Origin: Candidatus Tayloriibacteriota bacterium
GTDB taxonomy: Bacteria; Patescibacteriota; Minisyncoccia; Phycocordibacterales; UBA6065
Reading direction: 5' to 3'
Length of the DNA stretch: 64,000 nt
Assembly: GCA_016215405.1 (NCBI GenBank)
Contig: JACRJQ010000008.1
Coordinates: 124,898 to 188,897 of the forward strand
Shown in pieces: positions 28,765 through 37,752 of the stretch. The notes under the pieces are model-generated. The model worked only from the letters and a program-made list of their open reading frames with translations. It was not told the origin of the DNA and searched no databases. Made by a program: the position numbers and the translations under genes. Every line of letters starts with the position of its first letter. Position 1 is the first letter of the stretch.

Positions 28765-29910
28765 ATGAATACTAGGCGCGCCCTGGCTCTTGTCGTCCTT
28801 CTCCTCGTCGCGATCGGCATATTTCTCTTTTTCTGGCTCTTTAAAAAAGACGCTTCTAACCCTGTCGCTCCTTTTCCAGATAGCGGCGCGCCGATATTCG
28901 GCGAATCGGGAGGATCCCTCCCGCCAGCCAACCCTCCGGCAGAAGGAGGCGCCTCGGAAGTGATCCTGCCTCCTACGCCTGAAGCCGCTCTTATCGCCTC
29001 CTGCGATTCGCCTGTATCTATAGAGAGGAACGATTGCGTGAAAAAGGCCGCAGTAAAGGCCCAGAATCAATCTCTGTGCGCGGCCATCCTCGGGACCTTA
29101 GGCCAGACCGATTGTAGGAACGCCGTTTTGCGCACCGAAGATAAGATCGCAGATATCTCTATGGATGCGACCGTACGTTATGATTTCGAGTTCGCCGAAC
29201 CTGTCGTCGCTCCGGCCGAACCTGTCGATACGATATCGACGAGGCTCGCAGAGGCGTTCGAAAAGGCCGCCGACGCGGTGCGGGAGGCGAGGCAGAACCC
29301 GGACCCGAGATATACCGCGGACGGCTTCATCGCCCGATTCAGCTCGTCGTCGCCAATGCTCTATTCGTTCTCGAGGTCTCAGGCTTTGCCTGGAACCGAG
29401 CTCGTCGCCCAAGGCCTCGGCTTCACGAAGACCGGCAATGAGATCCATATCGGAAACTATGCCGTGTCGGGACTCGCGAGCGCCGACGGCATGACGATCA
29501 GGTTCACCCTTCCCGGCAGCATGGAATACGGGACGTACGATACCTGGGTGACGAACGAGAGAGGCTCGAGTAGGAACATGAGCCAGCCGATACGGCTCAC
29601 GATCACCGATTCGCCGCTCTCGCCGCCTACGATAACAGGCATCTCCCCTAGCGTTCCGACACTCTCTGACACCGTCACTGTCTATGGCAGCAATCTACGG
29701 GGGGCGCTCGGCATCTATACCTCTCTCGGCGTGCTTGAGAATGTCTATGCAGGAGACTCGTCTTTGACTTTCAAGATAAGCGACTTCCCCATGATCGAGA
29801 AGATAAAGGATATAAAGGGAGTGAAGGGGAATCTTGTCGCCGTCACCCTCATCGTCGGCACGCCGCAGGGATACAACCAGGAACCTTTCTTATTTAATGT
29901 ACAATTCTGA
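28765..29910 (+). CDS. membrane-anchored surface protein with a C-terminal IPT/TIG-like domain
   Basis: Start MNTRRALALVVLLLVAIGIFLFFWLF is a TM anchor; C-terminal PPTITGISPSVPTLSDTVTVYGSNL looks like an IPT fold. Divergent from the T4SS-like operon. Confidence 0.5.
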   Translation: MNTRRALALVVLLLVAIGIFLFFWLFKKDASNPVAPFPDSGAPIFGESGGSLPPANPPAEGGASEVILPPTPEAALIASCDSPVSIERNDCVKKAAVKAQNQSLCAAILGTLGQTDCRNAVLRTEDKIADISMDATVRYDFEFAEPVVAPAEPVDTISTRLAEAFEKAADAVREARQNPDPRYTADGFIARFSSSSPMLYSFSRSQALPGTELVAQGLGFTKTGNEIHIGNYAVSGLASADGMTIRFTLPGSMEYGTYDTWVTNERGSSRNMSQPIRLTITDSPLSPPTITGISPSVPTLSDTVTVYGSNLRGALGIYTSLGVLENVYAGDSSLTFKISDFPMIEKIKDIKGVKGNLVAVTLIVGTPQGYNQEPFLFNVQF

Positions 29911-29911
29911 T

Positions 29912-30325
29912 ATGAAACCTTTCGCGCACAAGCTTCTTGCTGTATCTGTCGGGATCTCTATCATCGCGTTCTTCGCCTACCCTCTCAGAGCGAAGGCGGT
30001 GATCCCTCCTCTTTTAAGCTACGGCGGCGCGAACATATTCTCTATTCCCTGTACCTGCAGTTTCAGCTCATGGTCCTTTTACGCCCCCCTCTATCTCTCT
30101 TCGATTCCTATGGCAGGCCCTATAGCGTATGTTCCCGGAGCGAGCTGGCTTTTCGCGAATTTCATTCCGCCCTTTAACCTATACGCAGATTACGAAGGAG
30201 CATTTCTTCCGGGAGTCCAGGCTTGCTGGATGTATGCCGGATTCTTCTGCTTCCCTCTTCCGTCCTTAGGCGTCACCGCGTTTACCGGAACAGGACTTCC
30301 CGGAAGCGGCGCTCCCGGTATCTAG
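29912..30325 (+). CDS. small secreted Cys/aromatic-rich protein
   Basis: 138 aa; MKPFAHKLLAVSVGISIIAFFAYPLRAKA signal peptide; CTC and C...C motifs. Starts 1 nt after the upstream stop. Confidence 0.45.
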   Translation: MKPFAHKLLAVSVGISIIAFFAYPLRAKAVIPPLLSYGGANIFSIPCTCSFSSWSFYAPLYLSSIPMAGPIAYVPGASWLFANFIPPFNLYADYEGAFLPGVQACWMYAGFFCFPLPSLGVTAFTGTGLPGSGAPGI

Positions 30326-31104
30326 GCCCTCTTTGAGAGAGCGAGCCATTTGTCGAGCGGAAAGTCCTCGGCTCGAGCATTCTCTCCTATACCGAGCTCG
30401 GCGAACATCTCGCCGAGCTTTTCTTTAGGCGAGACGGACGAGAGGTTGGAGAGGAGCTTCTTCCTCTTTTGGGCGAAGCCTGCTTTCACGACCTCGAAGA
30501 ACCTCTCTTCTTCGCGTTTGTTGGCGAAAGGGCTTCGGATATCCGAGAGCTTGAGCACGGCTGAGTCCACGTTAGGTATGGGAAAGAAATTGCCGCGAGA
30601 GACGGACATGACGAGAGAGGGCTTCGCGTACGCTTTGATCGAAAGCGAGAGGATGCTCTCCTTTCCGTCTCGCGCGATGACGCGCTCCGCGACCTCTTTC
30701 TGGACCATGAGGACCATGAGAGCGGGCTTAGCCTCGGCCGAGAGGAAATTCCTCGCGATCGCTCCGGTGATGTAGTACGGGATGTTCGCTATGACCTTAT
30801 ATCCTTTCGCAAGGCCCAGGGAAGCCGCATCCTTATCCATGATGTCGCCGTGGACGATGCTGAGGGCGCCTCGGGAGACGTCCATGGAGAACGTCTCGTG
30901 CAGGATAGGGATAAGCCGGTCGTCTTTCTCGACGGCTACGACCCGAGCTCCCCTTTCGAGGAGAGCTTTCGTAAGGACCCCTTTTCCCGGTCCGATCTCA
31001 AGGACCGTCTCGCCCTCTCGTATATCGCCCGCGTCCGCGATGGCGCCTGTGACGCGCGGGGATATAAGGAAATTCTGTCCGAGGGACTTCTTTGCGAATG
31101 CCAT
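30322..31104 (-). CDS. rsmA: 16S rRNA (adenine1518/1519-N6) dimethyltransferase RsmA/KsgA
   Basis: MAFAKKSLGQNFLISPRV...LEIGPGKGVLT SAM motif; 260 aa from the internal start. The longer ORF would overlap pcrA. Confidence 0.85.
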   Translation of the reverse strand: MAFAKKSLGQNFLISPRVTGAIADAGDIREGETVLEIGPGKGVLTKALLERGARVVAVEKDDRLIPILHETFSMDVSRGALSIVHGDIMDKDAASLGLAKGYKVIANIPYYITGAIARNFLSAEAKPALMVLMVQKEVAERVIARDGKESILSLSIKAYAKPSLVMSVSRGNFFPIPNVDSAVLKLSDIRSPFANKREEERFFEVVKAGFAQKRKKLLSNLSSVSPKEKLGEMFAELGIGENARAEDFPLDKWLALSKRA

Positions 31105-31111
31105 ACCGGCA

Positions 31112-33052
31112 CTATATATCAAAATAGATGACTTTGCCTCCCGACGAATGCCTCTCTTCCTCTTCGAGATGCTTTTCTGGTATGTCGAAGACGAATTCCG
31201 ACGGGACCGCGACCTGTCTCGAGCCGAATATGGTGCGGATCGAGGCGTGTGACATGAATATCTTCTTTTTCGCCCGCGTGATCGCGACATAGAAGAGCCT
31301 GCGCTCCTCCTCGTCGTCGCGCTTCTCCCTTTTCGACTCCATGGCGCGATGGGGAAAGAGGTCTTGCTCGAGGCCGGTTATGAACACATATTGGAACTCT
31401 AGGCCCTTCGACGCGTGGACCGTCATGAGGCGCACTGCGGGCTTGTCTTCCTCCATCTCGTCCTGGTCGGTGGCGAGAGCGGCGTCCTCGAGGAGCTTGG
31501 AGAGGCCTTCTCCTGGGATCATGAAATCGTATTTTGTCGCGAGGGTCGCGAGCTCGTAGACGTTCTCGAGCCGCTCTAAATCCTCGTCGGCGCCGCTCTT
31601 GAAGAGGTCTTCGAGGCCTGTTCGCTTCACTACGAATCGGACGAGGTCCGAGGCCTTCTCGGCCTGAGATTTTTTCGCTATATCGTCGAGGATCTCATTG
31701 AACGACCTCCACTTCTCCGCATGCGAGGCGGAGAGGCTGTCTATCATCCCTGAGAAGATCTTCGCTATGGTGACCTTCCCTATCCCGCGAGCCGGGACGT
31801 TGATTATCCTCTGGAGGTCGGAGAGCGAATCGCGGTTGAGAGCCGCTCTTATATACGAGAGCACGTCTTTGACCTCCTTTCTCTCGAAGAATTTGACCCC
31901 AAGGACCTGATACGCGACGCCTCGCGAGAGCATCGCCTCTTCGAGCGCTCGCGATTGGAAGTTGGCGCGATAAAGCACGGCTATCTCGCTCGGGTCGACG
32001 CCCTTTTCTATGAGGCTTTGTGCCTTTTCCGCGACGAACCTAGCCTCGTCTCCCTCGTCGTAGGCCTGATAGAGGGCGATCTTCTCCCCCTCGCCCTTCC
32101 TTGTGAACAAGTTCTTCTCGAAGCGGTTCTTGTTCTTCTTGATTATATGGTTCGCGACCTCGAGTATCGTCTGGGTAGAGCGGTAATTCTCTTCGAGGAC
32201 GACCATGGTCGCTCCCGGGTAGTCCTTTTCGAAAGACAGGATATTCTTTATATCCGCCCCTCGCCAGCTGTAGATGTTCTGGTCGACGTCTCCCACGACG
32301 CAGATGTTCTTGTGGCCGCCCGATATGAGCCGCGCCATCTTGTATTGGACCTTGTTCGTATCCTGGTACTCGTCTATATGCACGTATCTCCATCTGTCCT
32401 GGTAGCGCGCTCGGATGTCCTCGTTCTTCTCGAGGAGCTCGGCGGCCTTCAATAAGAGGTCGTCGAAGTCGAGGGCCTTTTCTTTGCGCAAAGAAGCCTC
32501 GTATTTCTGCCAGACGCTGTGCACGACCTCCCTCATATAATCGTTTCCCACCGACTCGGCGAACCTGTGTATATCGGTCGAATTGCCCTTTTCTCGGGAG
32601 ATTATAGAGAGGATGGTGTTCGGCTCGTACTGCTTTGGGTCGAGGCCGAGCTCTACGATGGCGTCTTTTACGGCCCTGCGGCTATCCGATCTGTCGAAAA
32701 TGGTGAAGTGGCGGGTAAGCCCGAGCCTTTGGGCGTTCTCCTTTATGATATGGACGCCTAGGGAGTGAAACGTCGAAACGAACGGCCTTTCCTCGAATGA
32801 GATAGGGGCGTTAAGGCTCTTGTCCTCAGAGAGGAGTTTCCAGACCCTCTCTCGCATCTCTTTCGCTGCTTTGTTCGTAAAGGTGATCGCGAGGATGGAG
32901 TTTGGGGCGATTCCTTGCCGGATAAGGTGAAGGATGCGGTACGTTATGGTCTTTGTCTTGCCGGCTCCTGCTCCGGCGAGGATAAGGAGGGGTCCGTCGG
33001 TCTTAAGGACCGCTTGCCTCTGCTTTTCGTTAAGAGAGTCGAGATGATTCAC
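31112..33052 (-). CDS. pcrA: UvrD/PcrA-family ATP-dependent DNA helicase
   Basis: 646 aa; Walker A AGAGAGKTKTIT and the SF1 helicase motifs. Confidence 0.9.
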   Translation of the reverse strand: MNHLDSLNEKQRQAVLKTDGPLLILAGAGAGKTKTITYRILHLIRQGIAPNSILAITFTNKAAKEMRERVWKLLSEDKSLNAPISFEERPFVSTFHSLGVHIIKENAQRLGLTRHFTIFDRSDSRRAVKDAIVELGLDPKQYEPNTILSIISREKGNSTDIHRFAESVGNDYMREVVHSVWQKYEASLRKEKALDFDDLLLKAAELLEKNEDIRARYQDRWRYVHIDEYQDTNKVQYKMARLISGGHKNICVVGDVDQNIYSWRGADIKNILSFEKDYPGATMVVLEENYRSTQTILEVANHIIKKNKNRFEKNLFTRKGEGEKIALYQAYDEGDEARFVAEKAQSLIEKGVDPSEIAVLYRANFQSRALEEAMLSRGVAYQVLGVKFFERKEVKDVLSYIRAALNRDSLSDLQRIINVPARGIGKVTIAKIFSGMIDSLSASHAEKWRSFNEILDDIAKKSQAEKASDLVRFVVKRTGLEDLFKSGADEDLERLENVYELATLATKYDFMIPGEGLSKLLEDAALATDQDEMEEDKPAVRLMTVHASKGLEFQYVFITGLEQDLFPHRAMESKREKRDDEEERRLFYVAITRAKKKIFMSHASIRTIFGSRQVAVPSEFVFDIPEKHLEEEERHSSGGKVIYFDI

Positions 33053-33164
33053 CGAGACATCATAACATGTTTAGAGCAATTCTTATTAAAAGGCCTTGTT
33101 GAGCCGTATATTTGGCACTCTGCCCCTCTGTCAAGCGGTTGGGGATATCGAGTGGAAAAGAAAG

Positions 33165-33192
33165 TTGACGTAGGGTGGGCATCGGGTATAGT
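33165..33192 (+). promoter_or_regulatory. sigma70-like promoter (TTGACG-N16-TATAGT) for the LysM/M23 gene
   Basis: ttgacg at 33165-33170 and tatagt at 33187-33192. Confidence 0.3.
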
Positions 33193-33225
33193 TATGGGGC
33201 ACCGAAACGGCGGAACTCCCGAAAT

Positions 33226-34362
33226 ATGGCTCAACAGAGCCATAAATTCAGAAAAACGAGGCGAATTCAGGATAAAGCAAGCACTATTTCTAGGATTCTC
33301 ACAGAACTTTCAACCCAGTCGGTTCGTATTGTGGGTTCGAAAGCAAATATATGGCTTAACATCGGGCTTTGCACGGCAAAGCTTACTTTCTTTTATGCAG
33401 CCATAGTATCCCCGATAACCGCCTACGCAGGCGTGTTTTCGTTCTTGTCGAACGCCATACATAGCAAAGAGGCCGATGCCGGGGTAAGCCCTGTCACCTC
33501 TCAGACTATGGGAATCCTCGAAGCGAGGATCGGTCCTTCGGCCGTCGCTCCTACGGGCGGAGCCGAGATAGCCATGGTCGATGGAAGCGCTCTCATCCAG
33601 GAGGTGGGGGTAAACGGCACCCAAGCCGACCTTTCCGAGTCGCGTTCGACCCAGATCAGCCTCTATGTCGTGCGCCAGGGGGATTCGCTCTCCCAGATAG
33701 CGAAGATGTTCGGCGTTTCCGTAAATACCATAGTTTGGGCGAATAACGTAAAAGGGCCTATTCGAGAGGGCGACGAGCTCGTCATCTTGCCTATCTCGGG
33801 AGTCGCTCACACCGTCGCCAAGGGCGACACCATCCGCTCTATAGCCACGAAATACAAGGCGGATATCGACGAGATCCTTTCATATAACGACCTTAAGGCT
33901 TCCGACTCCCTCGCCGTAGGAGCCAAGCTCATCATCCCTGACGGCGAAGTAAAGGCCACACCGCTCGTATCCTCGTCGGCTACCTCGGCTGTAAGGAGCG
34001 CGGGAGGCCCTCTTTATAAGGACTATTACCTGAGGCCTATCTCGGGAGGGTCGAGAAGCCAGGGCCTTCACGGCCTTAACGCCGTCGACCTCGCCGCTCC
34101 TACCGGAACGCCTATCTATGCGGCCGCCGACGGTATCGTGATCGTGGCTCGATCTTCCGGCTATAACGGCGGATACGGCTCGTATGTCGTCATCTCGCAC
34201 GCGAACGGCACTCAGACCCTCTACGCCCACATGAGCAAGGTTTCCGTGTCGTCAGGCTCTCCTGTCGGCAAAGGAGAAGTCATCGGAAACGTCGGAAATA
34301 CCGGAAAATCGACCGGGCCGCACGTTCATTTCGAGATCCGCGGGGCAGCCAATCCTTTCTAA
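33226..34362 (+). CDS. LysM-domain M23 family metallopeptidase (cell-wall hydrolase)
   Basis: Two LysM motifs (YVVRQGDSLSQIAKMFGV; HTVAKGDTIRSIATKY) and an M23 catalytic core (HGLNAVDLAAP...GNTGKSTGPHVHFEIR). N-terminal TM anchor. Start ambiguous (33175 or 33226). Confidence 0.8.
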   Translation: MAQQSHKFRKTRRIQDKASTISRILTELSTQSVRIVGSKANIWLNIGLCTAKLTFFYAAIVSPITAYAGVFSFLSNAIHSKEADAGVSPVTSQTMGILEARIGPSAVAPTGGAEIAMVDGSALIQEVGVNGTQADLSESRSTQISLYVVRQGDSLSQIAKMFGVSVNTIVWANNVKGPIREGDELVILPISGVAHTVAKGDTIRSIATKYKADIDEILSYNDLKASDSLAVGAKLIIPDGEVKATPLVSSSATSAVRSAGGPLYKDYYLRPISGGSRSQGLHGLNAVDLAAPTGTPIYAAADGIVIVARSSGYNGGYGSYVVISHANGTQTLYAHMSKVSVSSGSPVGKGEVIGNVGNTGKSTGPHVHFEIRGAANPF

Positions 34363-34371
34363 GATACAGAC

Positions 34372-34403
34372 AAAAAGCCGCCGGCGGATGCCGGCGGCTT
34401 TTT
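34372..34403. terminator. bidirectional intrinsic terminator (M23 gene / comM)
   Basis: AAAAGCCGCCGGC-GGAT-GCCGGCGGCTTTTT. Confidence 0.6.
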
Positions 34404-35976
34404 AATCGAGCTTGAAATGCTTTTGCCTATACTGAAGCGCTTCGAGGACATGTTGGGGCTCTATCGAATCGGACCCTTCGATATCCGCTATGGTCCGGGC
34501 GAGCTTCACCGTCCTGTGATAGCCGCGGCCCGATAGGTCGTGCGCCTTGGCCGCCTTGTTGAGAGATTCCTCGGCCGCTTCCGATAGGTTCGCCGCTTTC
34601 GCGATGTCTCTGGCGTTGACCGAGGAGTTCGATACGGCGTCTATGCCGAGCTCTGCGAACCTCTTTATCTGCCTTTCTCGCGCTTTTGCCACTTTCGTTC
34701 GAGCGATTTCCGTCTCTTGAGAGCCGACACGCTTTCGCATGAGCTTGTCGTGATCTACCCTCGATACCTCTATCCACATATCGATACGGTCCATGATAGG
34801 TCCGGAGATCTTCCGTTCGTATCTCGCGATATCGCGCGGCGCGCAGGCGCAGGTCTTTCCCTTTATCCCCCTGTTGCCGCAAGGGCAGGGGTTGAGGGCG
34901 GCCACCAAGATGAAATGGGCAGGAAAGCGGGCCGTCCCCTTCGCCCTCGAAACGGTCACCACTCTGTCTTCGAGCGGTTGCCGCAGGGCCTCGATCACCC
35001 TTTTCTCGAATTCAGGGAATTCGTCGAGAAAGAGGATGCCTCTATGCGCGAGCGTTATCTCGCCGGGTTTGGGAACCGCTCCGCCGCCTACGAGCGATAC
35101 GTAAGAGGACGTATGATGGGGCGCCCGGACAGGAGCTCTCGTCACAAGGCTCTCTTCGAGGCAGCCTGCGACCGAATGTATCTCCGTCACCTCGAGCATC
35201 TCTTCGAAGGAGAGGGGCGGCAGTATGCTCTGGAGCGCGCGTGCGAGCATGGTCTTCCCTGTTCCGGGCGGACCGAAGAGCGCGATGTTGTGCCTGCCGG
35301 CCGCCGCGATGACGAGCCCTCGCTTCGCCGCTTCCTGTCCGATGACGTCGTCGAGTTCGGACCTCCTGTCGGCCTCGACGACGAGGCTCGAAGGGTCTAT
35401 CGTCGCGACGGGCGAGAGCGCGTCCTCGGAGGCTTTCTCTCCAGAGGGAGACGCTTTTGGGTCGAGATGGCTCAGGACGTCTTTGAGGCGCTTCGCGCCG
35501 TAGACCTCGATGCCATCTATGACCGCGGCTTCGGCGGCATTATCGGAAGGCAGGTACACCTCTTTTATCCCGAGGGACTTCGCGAGGCGCGCGTATGCGA
35601 GCGCTCCGTCTATGGGCCTGAGCGTTCCGTCGAGCGCGAGCTCGCCGATGAAGAGCTTGCCCTCCGGCTCGAATCTCGCCTCTCCCGACGCGAGCAGGTA
35701 CGAGAGGGCGATAGGCAGGTCGAAGGCAGGACCTTCTTTTTTGAGGTCCGCGGGCGCGAGTGATACGACGATCTTCGCGTTGGTCGATTTCGGAGACTTG
35801 AACCCAGAGTTCTTTATGGCCGCAGATACCCTGTCTCGAGACTCCTCGACCGCCTTGTCCGGCAGGCCTACGAGAGAGAACGAATGGAGGGCTCCGTTCG
35901 ATATGTCGGTCTCTACCGATATGAGATGCGCCTTGAGCAGATGGCTCTGGGCGCTCGATACTTTCGCGAAGCTCAT
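34402..35976 (-). CDS. comM: YifB/ComM-family Mg-chelatase-like AAA+ ATPase
   Basis: 524 aa; Lon-like N-terminal domain, Walker A GPPGTGKTMLA, ChlI-type core. Confidence 0.85.
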   Translation of the reverse strand: MSFAKVSSAQSHLLKAHLISVETDISNGALHSFSLVGLPDKAVEESRDRVSAAIKNSGFKSPKSTNAKIVVSLAPADLKKEGPAFDLPIALSYLLASGEARFEPEGKLFIGELALDGTLRPIDGALAYARLAKSLGIKEVYLPSDNAAEAAVIDGIEVYGAKRLKDVLSHLDPKASPSGEKASEDALSPVATIDPSSLVVEADRRSELDDVIGQEAAKRGLVIAAAGRHNIALFGPPGTGKTMLARALQSILPPLSFEEMLEVTEIHSVAGCLEESLVTRAPVRAPHHTSSYVSLVGGGAVPKPGEITLAHRGILFLDEFPEFEKRVIEALRQPLEDRVVTVSRAKGTARFPAHFILVAALNPCPCGNRGIKGKTCACAPRDIARYERKISGPIMDRIDMWIEVSRVDHDKLMRKRVGSQETEIARTKVAKARERQIKRFAELGIDAVSNSSVNARDIAKAANLSEAAEESLNKAAKAHDLSGRGYHRTVKLARTIADIEGSDSIEPQHVLEALQYRQKHFKLD

Positions 35977-36011
35977 GGAGAGAGCCTATCAGGAGAAGAT
36001 AAAGGAAAAAT

Positions 36012-36041
36012 AAAAGCCCGCGCCTTTGGCGCGGGCTTTTA
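36012..36041 (-). terminator. intrinsic terminator after the dksA-like gene
   Basis: AAAAGCCCGCGCC-TTTG-GCGCGGGCTTTT. Confidence 0.55.
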
Positions 36042-36049
36042 TCGCATGG

Positions 36050-36430
36050 CTAGAGCTGATGCTCCTTATGGGCGAGGCAGGTCCGAGCTGCCGGATTCGC
36101 TTCGAGCCTCTCTTTTTCGATAGGCTCGTTCCCTACTTCGCAGATCCCGTAAGCGCCTTTCTTTATCTTCTCTAAGGCGAGCTTAACGTCGTTGTATTGC
36201 TTCTCGAGGGGCTTCAATATAGCCGTGTTCGATTCATAGCTTCCTATATTGTCCGCTATGTCGGCGAGGTCGGATGCGTTTATGTCTACGACGCCCGAAG
36301 ACGGCTCCCAGTCCTTTGGGTTGTCGGGATTGACGTGGCCTACGCTTCTAAGCTCGGCCTCGAGCGTCTTAAGCTCCTTTTCGAGCTTGGTCTTGAAATA
36401 TCCGGCGTCTATGTTCGTCTGTTTCTTCAT
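36050..36430 (-). CDS. DksA/TraR-family protein
   Basis: 126 aa; coiled-coil N-terminus and a C-terminal C4-type zinc-finger remnant (GICEVGNEPI...ARTCLAHK). Confidence 0.55.
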   Translation of the reverse strand: MKKQTNIDAGYFKTKLEKELKTLEAELRSVGHVNPDNPKDWEPSSGVVDINASDLADIADNIGSYESNTAILKPLEKQYNDVKLALEKIKKGAYGICEVGNEPIEKERLEANPAARTCLAHKEHQL

Positions 36431-36471
36431 GGTTGTTTATGATGCTGGCCCTATGATAGCGGTAATCGGGG

Positions 36472-37740
36472 CTACTGTATAGTACGCACCGCGAGTATCC
36501 TGTCGAGCAGGTATTTGAGGCTGTTGACGCTCGTCGTGAGGGCGATGGTGTCTTTGTCCGCAAAGGCGTAGACGAGTATGACCTCCCCGTTCTTGTTCTT
36601 GAGGGCCCTGGCATCCACGTTCGAAACCACCATGTCTTCGAAGCGGTCGGTCTCCGGGGTTATCGTCTCTTCCGGCCTAGGTATCCGGATGAAGGAAAGG
36701 AGGTCGTTGCGCATCTCTTTCTCCCATTCGAGCATCCCAGCGAACGCGTTCTGGAAGAAGGTGTTCTTGAGGAGGATGAACGGGCTCTCAGAGTCGTAGA
36801 CATAGAGGCCGAGCATGTACTCGCCTCCGAGGGATCTCGCGAGCCTCGACGGCATCTTTGTCTGCGCGAACACGCTCGAGACGGGCGCTGCGGTCGCCGC
36901 TCCCGCAGACTCTACCGGTATGAGTGCGTAGACGTTTCCGAGGCCGGGATTCGATACCGCGAGCTTCGCCGATATGAGCGCGAGAGGGTCGCTCTCCGCC
37001 TCGAGCGTCACTACCGCCGCTTTAGAGTAGGGTATGAGGGTCCTTATCTGGATCGCGGTCGCGGCCTCTTGCGGCGCGCTTTCTTGCGAGGTGAGGAACC
37101 AGTAGTACCAACCCGCGCCGATGAGGGCGATGAGGGCGAAGGCGCCGAGTATGAACGCTTTCGGGGAGGAGCGCTTCTCTTCGTCGTATTCGATAGGCGT
37201 CGATTCTTGCCTCTTTTTCTCGGCGGCGACAGCGATATCTACGGTCGATACGTTCTGATATCGGATCGCTTCCTCGGCGTCGCTTTTGAAGGTGCGCAGT
37301 GGCTTTATGGAGGGGTCGTTCTTGCTGTCGGGCTTTCCATCGAACGTAGGCCTCGCGGTCTCGGTCTTGAGGATGCCTGCTATCTCTCCTTGGAGAGACG
37401 CCGAAGGGGCGCTTTGCGCCGGAGCCGGGCTTTGAAGGCTTCCCTCAGGACGTGCTGCGAATGGGTCTTTCGGCGCTGGAGCTTGCGGCCCTAAGGGTCG
37501 AGGCTCGGGCCTCGGGTACGGGCGGGGCGCCTCTGAAGGCTTTGAGAATCGGTTTTCTGGGCGCGAAGGAGCCGGCCGCGCCTGGGAGGGCGTCGGAGTT
37601 ATCTCTGCCGATATATAGCTGTCTACAGCCATGTCGGAACTCACGATGTCTATGCCTTCTGCGTGAAGGTCAGCCACCGCCGCTTTTTCCTGTTCTTTCG
37701 CCTTCGCGTCGTCCTGGACGCTGTTCTCGTTGGGTTCCAT
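36472..37740 (-). CDS. membrane protein with Pro-rich N-terminal region (hypothetical)
   Basis: 422 aa; single TM (AFILGAFALIALIGAGWYYWFL); low-complexity PAPS-rich N-terminal half. Confidence 0.5.
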   Translation of the reverse strand: MEPNENSVQDDAKAKEQEKAAVADLHAEGIDIVSSDMAVDSYISAEITPTPSQARPAPSRPENRFSKPSEAPRPYPRPEPRPLGPQAPAPKDPFAARPEGSLQSPAPAQSAPSASLQGEIAGILKTETARPTFDGKPDSKNDPSIKPLRTFKSDAEEAIRYQNVSTVDIAVAAEKKRQESTPIEYDEEKRSSPKAFILGAFALIALIGAGWYYWFLTSQESAPQEAATAIQIRTLIPYSKAAVVTLEAESDPLALISAKLAVSNPGLGNVYALIPVESAGAATAAPVSSVFAQTKMPSRLARSLGGEYMLGLYVYDSESPFILLKNTFFQNAFAGMLEWEKEMRNDLLSFIRIPRPEETITPETDRFEDMVVSNVDARALKNKNGEVILVYAFADKDTIALTTSVNSLKYLLDRILAVRTIQ

Positions 37741-37752
37741 GAGGCTATTATA

